A stretch of 64,000 nucleotides of DNA. Source: Utricularia gibba (taxonomy: Eukaryota > Plantae > Magnoliophyta). The position numbers and the translations under genes were made by a program. The stretch lies in contig NEEC01000013.1 of NCBI GenBank assembly GCA_002189035.1, positions 3,038,001 to 3,102,000 of the forward strand, given 5' to 3'. This document shows positions 23,248 through 37,173 of this stretch, piece after piece (the stretch's first letter is position 1; every line of letters begins with the position of its first letter). The notes beneath the pieces were generated by a model that worked only from the letters and a program-made list of their open reading frames with translations, was not told where the DNA came from and did not search any database.

Positions 23248-24397
23248 TGAGGGGAGAAGTGTTGCAAAGAGAGAAGTTAGTAATGAGATGCCACCAACTG
23301 TTGCTTCTTGCGCCTTCTTCCTGAGTCTGGAACTCTGTTGCTGCCTGCACGGGGTTTATATAGATGTCAAATGGCTGGCGAAATTCGGGTGAAATGAAAT
23401 TCCGATGAAAGGAGAAGCGTGAAACTAAAATCCTGAAATATTCACTACCTTTCAAGTGGAGTCGTGGGAATATATGAAGGGAGGCGAGGCGAGGCGAGGC
23501 TCCTTACGGCCGTTGATTCAGCCTTATCGCCATGACAGACGGCCGAGATTAGATTGCTTCGCTCCTGAGGCATGAGAAAGCAGCGGAATCCAGAGGACCC
23601 ACACAATGGTCCACATATTGTATATATTACAAACAATGTGTGTGCGTTTTTTGTGTTAGACTAGAGAAAGAAATATATTTTCAGTCTTTTAGAAATTCTT
23701 TGTATTACAAGATATTTGAATAAAAGTAAGTCAGGTTTTGTCATGTTAAATCGTCCCACGACCTGGTCTCTTTGCGTCCGGAATGCCCGAGCCACAACCC
23801 AGGAGCACGGATACAACCAAAAGGAAAATGCGGAACCACGGCCCCAGGGAGCCAACACTCGATGTCCAGACGAGACGAGACGAGACGGACGCTGGGATCC
23901 ATTTCGCTTTATGTTGGATGGCATCTCAGATGACTTTAGGCAGGAGTTGCTTCGCGTCATCCATCTCAAGGAACACAAGTTGATTATCATACGAGATGCC
24001 CAAAGGATAGAAGGGAATGGGGCAGGGCCAGGCATATCCAAATCCATCCTATGCGCCTTTATTCCCAATAGTAATAAAAAAAGCAAGTAGGGCCCTCGGC
24101 TCCTTGTGCCGATCAAACAGTACGATGCCCCGATGGGATCAGAACTGGTAAGGCCGGCCATATTTGAGGTGGGTTGCCACAAACCCCGCCAAATGACAAT
24201 TTGAAGTGATTATTACACCGTTTGTCTCAACTCCTTGGATTCCATAGACCGTTTCACATTCAACAGGATTACATACCAACACAAATCTTCGAGAAGAAGA
24301 TAGACAGAGAGGAGGCAAGCAGCTGTTGAAGAACCATATACTAAAAGGATTCTAAGGCAACATAAAACTTGGTGCAGTAGAGAGACCGCTTCAGCAT

Positions 24398-25623
<1,226 letters not shown>

Positions 25624-26565
25624 TCATCAAAAAAAATTGATGCTCCCACAAAACCAGATATCATTAATCAATTTCCCTCAATTATATGAAAAAATTCAAT
25701 ACGCTGGTAACTAATTATATATATACATATATATATATATACACGTATATATTCTGCTGGCAGAAGGGGGGGGGGGGGATGCAATAGTGTAGTGTCGAAT
25801 AAATAACACAATCAGAAATTCTGATAAATAAAACAAAAGAGGCGTGTCATTCCAGATCAGTACAACACCAACAGAGAATACAGCGGAATACACTAGATAA
25901 ATCCAAATCAAAAGCCTCGCAAGTTCTGAAGAACCTCCGAGATGAATCAGACAAGTCTAAGCCTACAGTCTCAAAAATGGAGGTTCCACGAAATAAAATA
26001 ACGAAACCGACGATAAAGAAGAACGAACCCTCAAGATAATGAATAAAAGATCAAAATCGCAAACAAAGAATCATCGCTGCGCAAATCAGATCCAATACCA
26101 AGATCAAGGAAGGAACTCAAGAAATCACGTACCGCTGCGCGCTAGCTATCAGCTATCAGGCAGTAGAGAAACGCACGGGGAACCAACTGCTGCTTATGGC
26201 CGACGCTAACTAGCCGTTCACATGATAAAAGGAAGGGGCTATGAGAATATTTACATTATGGCCCTGAAGACTCGTAGTGAATTTCCTATATTGCCACTAG
26301 CTAGCCTCCCCACAGAATAGCTAGATGTAGCCTGCAGGAATGAGCTGTGGAGCTTCCCAGTCCCTTGGTTGGTTGGGTTGGCGCTTCCGTTTCCTAGCCA
26401 TTGGGATTCCGCCACGTCATCCAACATGTTCTTGCACATGCCAGGTAATTCATTATTAAATTTTAACGGTCAACCTCGACTCCATCCGTCGTCATTCTGG
26501 CCATTCCGATGGGCGGCGCTTCTATTGGAGGACCCCTTCCTCACTAGGGAACTGTGACGTCGCAT

Positions 26566-27433
26566 GGGAGGAAATAGGTGAAATGCCCTATTTTTTTAAA
26601 AACATTTTTAAATTACCTTACTTTTTAAATCTGTTATTGTTTTACCTGCATTTTTAAATATAATTGGTATTATATACTATCTTGTGTAATTCTTTTTGTA
26701 TTACCTCAGTTAAAGAAGTAGTTGGGTAAATATCTTAACTTTTTTTTATTTATATTAACTTCATTAAAATTTTGTAATATTAATAAAAATAAAGTTATTT
26801 TTTTGTATTTTATATTATATTTATGATTTTTATATATTTCATTTTTAATAAATTTACTAAACGTATTTTTTGAATATTTATTCTAAATATTATTAATATA
26901 TTTTATTTTCAAATTTTACAGTTTCAATCGAAAGTTTAAATTTAGTATTTATACTTTAGAAACAGTATAATATTAAAATTTTCGAAATTTATGATTATAT
27001 TATATGATTTAGTGATTTGGGGTATAGAATTTAATTTTTGAGGTTTAGTTTAGAATTCGAATTTAATTTTGAAAGTCTAGGGTTTAGAATTTCAGAACTG
27101 AAATTTAGGTTTGTGCGTTTAAAGTTTTAGATTTAAGATTTAGATTTTAGAGTTTAAAGATTATGATTTAGATTATTTGAATTGTAAATTTAGAATTTAG
27201 TTTTAGAATTTTAAATTTAGAGATTAAAATAAATATAAATTTCTAATATAAATGATTACTAAAAATAAATTATTAATAAAATTAGAAACAAAGGTAAAAC
27301 ACAAAGAATGTGAGTAACTAAGGTAAATTGCCAATAAAAAAGATTAAAAAAAGTAAAGAACAAATAAATTGAAGAGTCAAAGGTAAATGAACAATAAATA
27401 TATTCTGACAAAGGTAATTTACAAAATCAGCCC
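26566..27433. mobile_element. AT-rich non-autonomous transposon-like remnant with degenerate TTTAG(A/G)N heptamer array
   Basis: Very AT-rich block with inverted AAATTACCTT..TTATTGTT..TTACCT motifs at the two ends and an internal array of TTTAGAA/TTTAGAT/TTTAGGG-like units at about 27020-27230. No clean TSD found. Confidence 0.5.
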
Positions 27434-27551
27434 GAGCAACAAGAAGGGTATCTCAAATCATGACACTGTACTGTTTATTTATTTCTTATCCCTTTCTCCC
27501 CCAGCGGACGCCAGAAGGGCAATGAGACAATTTTTGACGTACATAACGGAA

Positions 27552-30323
27552 TCAAAGAAACGGTTCAGAGAGCTCCATTTCGTTTGAGTTATGCCTAGGA
27601 GTTTCAGGGGGTTGCGGCAGGGCGAAGTCCAGGCCTAACCATTGCCACGGCCAACAGACATACCTGGGTCTAGTGACTCTGGTTCGGGACAATTCACGTC
27701 CATCCAGCTCCTCAAGATGGCGAGTAAGCTCCTCCACCCGGTCCCTTAGTCTTGAAGCTCTCGTATCAGCCAATCTCAATGACTTCTCAGCTGCAGCCCT
27801 TGCTGCCATTGCTGCTTCGGCTGTCTGTTCCTTGAACTTGAGCTTCTTCTCCGCCTCCATCACAGCTTGCCGAGCCTCTTCAAGCTCCTCACGCACTGAG
27901 GCCAACTGGACAACATAGTTGGAAGTAAATCAAGATGAACGCAGTGAACTTAACTTAAGCATGGCTAATAGAAAAGAGGCATACTGCTCGTCAAAGAGTA
28001 AAAAAGACCATCAATTATGAATAGCCCTTCCAAAAACCATAGCAGCTCATCTAGTATTCATGTTTTCCCACTTCCCCATTCTTTTTTTTTTTCAAAAAAT
28101 AAAACCAGTACACCATCGGCAAAGAACACTCCTGGATTACGAACAAAAACCATTCAGAAAATTCAAACAACTAGAATGGCCGTTACAGACTACTAAGTGA
28201 AATCAGAAAATCAACAATATCCCCAAGTTCCTTCACCAGCTTTATGTCATACCTGTGAAAAGCATTGCTGTTCAACTGCTTTTCCTGCTTCAGCTTCTTG
28301 CTGTGCTGCCATCTTCCATCGGGATATTTCTTCCTCGGCAGCAGAAATATCCATCAGAAGCCCTTCAACCTGTTCAAAAACAAAAAAAAAAAAACAAGAA
28401 ATTAATAAACTAGAATCAAGAAGGAGAAACTTCAATGGCAATCCCAAAGCTACATTTTCATTTGCCACTCTTTCATTCTCTTCAAGCTCTGCTACCCGTT
28501 GCTTCCAAGTATTCAGATCCTTCGCTTGAGTATCCACATGCTCCTTAAGCACAACCGACTCTGCCCTTACGTTAAGAAAAAGAAAAGGAAATTGTTTGGA
28601 GAATTAATAATAGTTAGAAAAGTTTTCATCCGTATATTACACTTTACAAGGTTCTACAGGAAAAATATGCTACAGAATCCTCCTCATTCCGCATTAGATT
28701 TTCCAACATGATTTTCCTTGAAGTTCATCCAATAACATTCTATCAGAAACACAAATACCAACACACCACAAGCCTAATAGAAAAATGGATTCCAAGCACA
28801 GTACCTCAGCTCATCAACCGAATGCTTCAGCTCAATTATTTCCAGCTGAGATTGCTTCAACATGCTCTCCAATGCACTAGCCTAGAAGTGAGATAAGTGA
28901 GGCAGAGCAATCAAAGCAGTAAACCACACCGAACTCAAACCAAAATACATACCAATCCATACACCTCATTTTCTTCTATATCATCAGTGCCTGCTTTATT
29001 CCTTGAAAACTGACTTATGCTGAATGAATAGTCTATGCCAGGCTCTCTTAAACCATTTTCTGCGACTTTAAAGATCTGATTTGTTTCAGAGGACAAATCA
29101 GCGGGCATCCTCTTAGACAAGGTACTTCTTAATAAAGAACCAATTTGTTCTTTCTCCGTAACTAAACTGGCAATAGACTCATTCAGGGTGCGCACTTCAC
29201 GGATTTTTTCTGCAATCAACCCACTTGTTTTCTCAGCAACAAGTGCAGTCAATTCGTAAACAGAGACCAGACCAGCCAAAGATGCACGAATACTTTCTTC
29301 GATATTTGTTTCTTCTGCAACAAACAAGGATTCAGAGAAGTCTGACTCGTCAGGTTCCACTATTTTCATAATCCTACACATTTGTCCGTGGATTTTGGAG
29401 ACATGATTCAGTTGATCAATAAGCAGTGGCTTCTGTATCTCCAAGGAGGCCTCATATTCATTGACCAATAAACTCAACCTTGAAAGTTCTATTTCCATCT
29501 CCCTATTCCTCTCAGAAAACTCATTTTCCAAATCAGATAATTTTCCGTCTCTCTCATCTACTAATCTGCTGAAACTCATGACTTCCTCACTTTTCTTCGC
29601 CACTTCATCTCTTAACACACTAATCGTAGATTCAAGTTGAGAAACTTCAATGGCAATTTCATAATTCCTCTGATCAACTAACTCTCTGGCTTCATTTCTT
29701 GATTTAACATTCATGTCAATATGCCTAATAAGCTCTTCCACTATCTCATTTGTCCTCTTGATAACACCATATGCTACAGACGGCAAACCCGAGTACTTAT
29801 TTGATTTTGGCAAACCAATACCTCCAAAATCCACATAATTACTCACTTTTCTTGATATCTTCTCAGTTCCACTCACCAGCATCGATGATCCTGTCTCCAA
29901 CTCAATCCTCATGGACTCCCTCTCTTTTCTAACTTGCTCCAACTGCTTCGCAACCTCTTCCTTTTGCTTCAGAGCATCTTCTCTCAACTTAATTTCAGCA
30001 CTCAATTCCCCACCAAGTCTCTCCAATTTCGTCAAAGCATCATCTTTTTCGCGCAACGCCTCGTCACGTTGCCGGGAGCACTCATCCCTCTTCTTGATAG
30101 CCTCATGGCACAGCGCTTTAAGACGATTAATCGACACTTGCAGATCATTCTTCGCGCTCTCCGCAGCCTCACGGGCTAATCTCTCACGATCAAGTTCAAG
30201 CATAAGATCCCTGAACTTCTCTACAGACATGTTCTCCACGGCCTTAACGCCAATCGGCGCTGGAACGTCATCTTCAACATCGCTTAATACGGCCTCATTC
30301 TCCTCATCAGCCGTACCGGCCAT
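27552..30323 (-). CDS. Uncharacterised coiled-coil (paramyosin-like, At3g49055-type) protein
   Basis: MAGTADEENEAVLSDVEDD start, long heptad exon 30323-28953, four further exons, and C-terminal RYVCWPWQWLGL..EMELSEPFL typical of the family. Confidence 0.88.
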
Positions 30324-30577
30324 AGCTCTCTTCAGATATCCCCTAAACCTATAATTTCGAGCTCGAAACCCACAATCAGAGAAGGCGAGAAATTGAGATT
30401 CGCCCCGCAAATCAGTTACCGGATCGAGATCTGGGCCACGACAATTCCCAATTCGAAGACCAGATTTGAGACCATACCTAGAAAAGGGAAAGAAAACTTC
30501 CGCCCCAAGATCGTCGAATTACAGTTTACATAAAGCAATCATATTTTGACCAAAAATATTATGCATTTAAATATATT

Positions 30578-32617
30578 TTAGGTTTGCAGGCCTTTGAAGT
30601 AAGACTTGTATCTCTGTGCAAGCCCAAACATCATCATCGTACCACCGGTGTGAAGCATCACAACCTTTCTGGCATCGCCCTCGCTCCTGCTCACGCAGAG
30701 CCCACTGGCGGCGTAATCCCAAGCTGCTAAGGTATACACAGGATCAACAAGGACGCCCGTTTCCGCAGCTATTTGTCGGCATTCTTGTAACTCGTGTTTC
30801 ATGATATTTCCAAACCTGCAACAATGGCATAATTTCTTCCCTATTTTCAAGCAAGGTCGTGGACTCCCTATCGGATCTTACGTGTTACCTTCGGGGCATT
30901 CGGCGTTCCACCCATTGCACCTCTGCAGGGGGTGGCGCAGGGGGAGTTGAGAAAATGTCGTGGAATTCTGATATCAGATTTTGCTCCTTCTCCTTGTAGT
31001 TTGCAATGGTATCAGCCAACATTACACCAGTTACAGTCCAGGGAAGCCTGAGTATAAGAAGCAGCATTGAAAGAGCATGATCCAAGGTCTAAAGGTTACG
31101 GAGTATAAGCATGAACACAAAAAAAAGTTCACCCCATGTACGATATTCCAAGTGCTAAGCCAATCGCTGTCGTACCGGAACCAGAATCTACCACGATTTC
31201 TATTGCATCATCCTTGAACAAACGCTTCTGGGACAAGTGTTTTATCAAACGTATCAGGCCTGGTGGAAGAAAGCAACTTGACTGATTGATGGGATGGCCA
31301 CATACATGTATCAAAGGAGTACAGTCTACACATAACAAATTATCCTCCAATAGAATTTATTTTACAACAAAAAACACCAGAGCATAGAGCAGTGAAGACA
31401 GATAGATGAATGGTAAAGTTATGCATGCTACAAACACTACCTAGCAAGGCAACCGCATCTCCTGCTCCTTCATTTATGATACATACTTTTTTTGGTCCTT
31501 GCCTATACTTAACATGGCGGTCCTGTGAAGTGTAAATGCCCACAGGAGTATGATTCAGAGAGGCCTTGACAATATCTGAGAGTGAAACCACGGATCCATC
31601 ACAGCCTGCAATGGTCTCCGCGTGACCTGCTAGCATGTCTTCCCTTTTAGCGTAAACAGATCTAGGAATGTAAGTTGTGTTTCCGTAAAGTTTTGAAACA
31701 AGATTATATCCGGTAAGAATTTCAGGCTCTTCGCCTCGAAGAAGAAGATGGGAGGTTATCCCTCTCTCGGCGCATGATACAGCTGCATTATGGAACATAA
31801 TTGATAAGAAAACCTCTTCTAACATCTTTGATACCAGCAATGGCTTACCAACGGCTGCAGTATGCGCACTTTGGCAACCTCCACATGTTACCTAGAAGTT
31901 AAGATGATGCTCATTTCGTTTCACAGGAAGCTAACATGCAGAATCATTCTAGATGCTTCCATGAAATAAAGATGAATTATCGGCATACACAAGGATAACT
32001 GCTCTTGTTGAAATCAATCAACACAGCTTAGCGATTCAACCAGCTATACATACAACGATGAACGCAGTCATGGTTACAAAGCTTACCACATCCGTCACTG
32101 CATTGTCCTCTAAAAGAGGAAGCACAGCATCCAGTTTCCTCGCCTTATTGCCATTTATCAAAGGATGCAACAAATCATCCCTTATCACATAGAAAGATGA
32201 CCCTTTACTGGTCAAGCCTTTAGCTACGCAACCCTGACCAATATTGCTGTAGGTAAATCGCTCACTAACAATGCCATCGTCCCCACGATTGAGAGTCGCT
32301 ATTTGGTTAATTTTGACATCCAGGCTGCTCAAGGCCCACCTTCGATTCAACAATTTTGACACCAGCCCCTCATCTGCAAAGCTCCCTTTCAATGGCGCCT
32401 GTAATCGCGACGCCCCCGAAAAAATACTCGCGCCTGAAACCAAACCAAGTTCAAACGCAACACCTATATTACAGAACAAGAAAAACAAGCTAACCTGAAA
32501 GAAACAAGCCCCGATGAATCTAAAACTACTTCCGACATCAAAGAAGTAAAGAACACCACGATTCCATAAGAAAACTTACCCCGAAACCATACCCATCCAG
32601 GAACATTTACCTGGCAT
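30578..32617 (-). CDS. DCD2: D-cysteine desulfhydrase 2-like PLP enzyme
   Basis: [63 protein letters not shown] and VVMLHTGGT across consistent GT-AG exons. The start codon (ATG CCA G|gt at 32617) is tentative. Confidence 0.88.
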
Positions 32618-32835
32618 GAGCTTGCAAAAACGCGTCCGTTTCGAGCCTTTTGACCGTTGGAGGAAAGATGGCTTCCGTTATCCCCGATGGCGGTGAATAA
32701 TTTATTCGTTTATTGAGGATTAAGTCATAAGAGAATCTGGGTGGTCATGGGCTCAACACGTTAGCCCAATTTGCAAAAGGTAAATCCAATGAGGCGTTGG
32801 GTCCAAACAAGAGTCCCATAGAGCCTGAGGCTAAC

Positions 32836-34118
32836 TCAAGTGGGCGTTGCGCTACGAGAGTCGATTCTTTTGAGTCCAATGGATAGCCGCCAGGCGTCAA
32901 GAAGAGAGTCGGGCAAGAGCGATGCGAGGAACCACTGCAGCGAATGAGCCCAATAGGGGCTGCATCTCGGCTCCCGTCCGATGAACCGCGTGCTGGCCTC
33001 CACGTAGCCCTCCGCGGTGGGCATGAAAACCGACGGCCTCTCCTTGAACGCCACTTGGGAGGCCATTTTGGTGGACACGTACAAAGGGACCTGCTCACCA
33101 ATTAGTATAATGCACACCCTTGTCATGGATTATGGAAGACGAAACACAACTGCTTGCTTACTTGGCACTGGACGTCCACCCCGTGCCTCTTGCACTCCGC
33201 GTAAATGCTCCGACTGAGTCGATCCACGTACCTGCTCAAATGTCAAAAGGACTCCACTCAGCCAGGGCCGAAGCTACTACATGCACCCATGCAACTCCCA
33301 CATGTCACCCCTTTTTAGTGTAAAACTTCTGAAAAACGAAATGCAACACATTTTCGAGCATTATCCCAAGAACGGGAGGAGGAGAGTGCGTCTCATGTGC
33401 CGCCTATGCCCCACCGTTGGATCGGACCTAACTAGCTACCCGCAGCAATGAATCAAATTTTAAGGCTAGGCAGCAATGAATGGGGAAGGACGTACGCTTT
33501 GGTGGCCGCGTAGACGGCGTAAAGCGGATGGGAAGGCACAGCGACGGAGGCGCCGGAGCCGATGTTCACGACGGCGCCGCTCCCTCTGGCGAGCATCCTC
33601 GGCAGGATTATCTTGGTGACGTAGGTAGTCCCCACGACATTAACCTTCACCAGCTTCATCCAAGTTTCTTCCTCCACTTGATGGAAGTACATGGCCCGAG
33701 GATACGTTACCCCCACGTTGTTAATCAGAACCCCGATGGCAATCTCCTCGGTGAAATCGCCTAATTCCTGGATCCTCGAAACGGCGTCGTCCGCGGCGAA
33801 GTCGACATCGAAGACTCGGATCTCGGCGGAAGGGTGCTTCTGGAGGATTTCTGCGGAGACATTTTTGAGTTTGGCGGGGTCGCGGCTGACGAGGACGAGG
33901 TTGAGGCCGGCGGCGGCGAGTTTGAAGGCGAAGGCTTTGCCGATTCCGTCGGTTGCTCCGGTTATTAAGGCCCATGGGCCGTAGGTTTTCAGATCTTTGG
34001 GCTTTCTGAGGAAGTTGACGTAGACCCATTTGAGAAAAGAGAGTGAGGAAGCGAGGAGCGACAGGAGGCCGACGAGAGCGAGCAGTGGGATGAGCCATGA
34101 GTATGCTACTGTCGGCAT
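32836..34118 (-). CDS. KCR: Very-long-chain 3-oxoacyl-CoA reductase-like SDR
   Basis: Exons 34118-33496, 33231-33162, 33090-32836. N-terminal TM segment, YGPWALITGATDGIGKAFA, LINNVG, YAVYAATKAY (YxxxK) and VQCQVPLYVSTKM. Confidence 0.92.
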
Positions 34119-34615
34119 CTCGTCCGAGGAAGGAAGGATTGGACGACACCCTTTTAACAGAAAAAGGGACAAGAAGAAGATGGTGACACGTGTGCAGCAC
34201 GTGATCTTGAAGTGATGGGACAGTTGGGCATGGGTGGGCACCATCCGTGAAGTGAAGCTGCAGTTTTCAAATATTAAATTGAGGGCAGCAAATCCCCTTT
34301 TGGAAATTGGTAATCATCATAAGAACGAGCTGCCATTTTCATTTTTTCAAAAGAACATCGATGATAGTTGACTTTTAACTCTACTAAACACATTAAAAAG
34401 TAAATGCGACGAAGGCCACCGGCAACATTTATGACCGGCCCGGCCGGAATATGATTATACAGTATTATATATATATAATTTTTTCCATTTCCCAAATAAG
34501 CAAAATACACATCGGACCTTGGGCTGCGTCAACCACCGGGGCCCAGTAATGGGCCATACAATGGCCCAATTTACTAGAAATTCCTCCGGGGTTGCCACGA
34601 TTCGGATAGGAACGG

Positions 34616-34646
<31 letters not shown>
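34616..34646. repeat. (CAGGCT)n hexamer tandem repeat
   Basis: Five consecutive units just downstream of the RING gene stop. Confidence 0.85.
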
Positions 34647-34682
34647 CCTCTCTGAATGATTGATACCCTCCCCCACATTTCA

Positions 34683-36195
34683 TCAGATCAGGTGCTCGTA
34701 GAACATCAAGAAAAGGGTATCCGGAGAATCCTTGGGGAGGTTTCTGATATAAAAGTAGAAGCGTTGCACATCTTCTATGCGTACCCTTTCACTGTCCATC
34801 ACCTCGTCCTTGCAGGTTAACACCCAAAGATCCCGAGATTTCACCCGTCGTAAGCTACCCTGCAAAAGGGGCAGGACTCGGACCTTGTACTCCTGGAATC
34901 GATTAGGAAGAGAAAGATGAGCAAAGCCGGGAGGGTAGTGGCGGTTCATGCACAGCAATGCCATTTACCAGTCACGATAGCAGTTGAGGCACATTGCGTG
35001 GCAGCAATTAGGAAGGACCATTTTGGTACAGGGCACCAGGCAGATTCCGCACTCGTCATCTCTCTCCGCCTCCAGCCCACTGAATACGCCGTCTCCCAAC
35101 TTCTTCTTCCAAATGTTTTTATATGACTGATGTGCTTCGTTGGCAGGGACCAGATCCACTGAGTTGTGATGGAGCTGCTTGAGTGATGGCAATATAAAAG
35201 CTGCAGAGTGCATTTTCATCAACACCAACACAAGTCTGAGAAAAAGCAGTGAAGACGATGACAAACCATAAAAGTCTTTGATAGATGCTTTTCTTCCGCG
35301 TGTAGAGATTTTCGGCCGTCCATCAGAGTACACCTGCGAAAACTCTGAGCTGGTGGCAGGATGTATGAAGTTATCAGTAGAAGATATTCTGTGATGGCTG
35401 GATGCGTACCTTGTAAATGTGTATGTGGAATGGAATGAAATATCTTGGAAGAAAGCAGGAGCAAGATCCATCAATCCATTGAAGGAAATAAAGAAAAAAG
35501 GGTGTCATCTTATTGCACACCAACTTCATTTGAAGCCGCGTTCCCCCTTTGGCCTTGGGAATAGCAGCAGCCCTGGAAAAACAAACGATGTTTCAGTAAT
35601 GCACCACCGGTCCTTATCCTGCATCTCTGATGGCATAAAGGTACGACTCTCAGAGAAAACGCTCCTACAGCCTCAAAGAAAATTCACATGCCTGCACACT
35701 TGACAACAGCTCAAGGAAACGAAACAAGTACCAAATTTTCACTTTTTTAAGTCTGATGCAGAGCTGGAGGATACGCAAATAAGATTCTCTTAAATGTCAC
35801 AAAAATTGTGCTACTTCGAAGAGAGCAGGAAGAATCCAACTGGAAAAAAAAGGCGCTCTTATTTAGAAGCCTTTACAAGCAGCATCGTTTGAAAATGAAA
35901 CAAAGAAATATTTCTGGTTTTTCCTCGAGAATCACACAGACAGGCAGGAAGAAGAGCAATATAGGCTCCGCATAAACATCGATTATCAACACTATTCCTC
36001 CAAAGTCACATGAAACTCAACCACAAATCGCATGCATTTGAAGGAAGCGTATGATTAAAGCATTTAGTTACAAAGAGGAAATTTAGCACCAGATGAGTAA
36101 AGAACATACAGATCATTCGCATACTGAATATCATTCTCCAAAACCTCGAGAGAGTCCCTGTAGGAACTTCGACCCAGTTGATGGCAATACATCAT
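34683..36195 (-). CDS. C3HC4 RING E3 ligase, AIRP2-like, with an apparent 1-nt frameshift in the last exon
   Basis: MMYCHQLGRSSYRDSLEVLENDIQYAN, VYSDGRPKISTRGRKASIKDFY, ILPSLKQL, ECGICLVPCTKMVLPNCCHAMCLNCYRDW and SESCPFCR. The frame shifts at 34858-34860 before GSLRRVKSRDLWVLT. Confidence 0.9.
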
Positions 36196-37173
36196 GCCCT
36201 CTTTAAACTCCCTACTCAGCCACTTTCCAGGGAAGACGTCTTCTTCCCCCTCTTCGCCGACCCTTTGAAGCTGCTGGCTCCACAGAGACGGGAAATTTCA
36301 ATTGGGGTCCTTGAGCGACTCAGCTGTTGGGTTTGGGGGACAAAATTTATGACCCCAGAAGAAGACAGGTTCATTGATTCCATCATTGTCAAAGCCATGG
36401 GCGTACTTGCTTCCTCCCCGTAACGCCGTGTGGTATGATAGCAGACGGCTATAGCATCCCCTCGTCCTATTTCTCGACACCCCTTCCCCTGAAATTCCAT
36501 CACTCATCCGATCCGATCCCTAATTATACTCTCTTTTTTTTTTTTTTTTTTTTGGCCAAGCAAAAGCATGTAGTGCCCATCAAGATAAAATACTGAATAA
36601 AATGGTTGACCAAGATGAATTAAATCCACGTCATCCCTATGAAATAAATACCATTTACCGCCACACCTATATTTTAGAATCAGGAAGCAGAAAATTTATT
36701 AGCTTTCAATAATACGTAATTTCAACAAAATCCCTAATTAATATATATATATATATATTATTGCACAGTGGTCACTTGGGCCGGGCGGCACAAATTTAAG
36801 GGCATGTGACGAGTAATTAATTATATCCAATGGCATGATTAGATAAAAGTAGTCAGTTATTATACACACTCTTCAGTTTGATACGTATATGTACTAGTCA
36901 TGATTAAATTCAAAATAACTGGGTAGGTATTAGGATAGGATAGTATAGGATAAGATAGTATTTGGGAATTAAGAATGCTTATTCTATATTTTGTCTTACA
37001 TATGTGAAAATATTAGTATTCTCTTTTTTTTATTAATATTATTTAAGAATATATTATTTTAAAATATCTTCGAAGGATCTATGTATGCATGGAAAGATCC
37101 CATCATATCCTAACAAACTATAAGATTATAAGAGAAAAGAAACGATTCCAGCCAGACCCGGGATAGAACAACA

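Noticed and set aside
23716-24090. 124-aa plus-strand ORF between GolS and ARF1
   Set aside because: No domain motif, no clear promoter or splice support; includes a GACGA repeat and lies at the ARF1 3-prime flank.
36921-37120. Possible Tourist-like MITE (TTAGGATA at the left end and TATCCTAA at the right)
   Set aside because: The inverted match is only about 8-10 nt and no TSD was seen.
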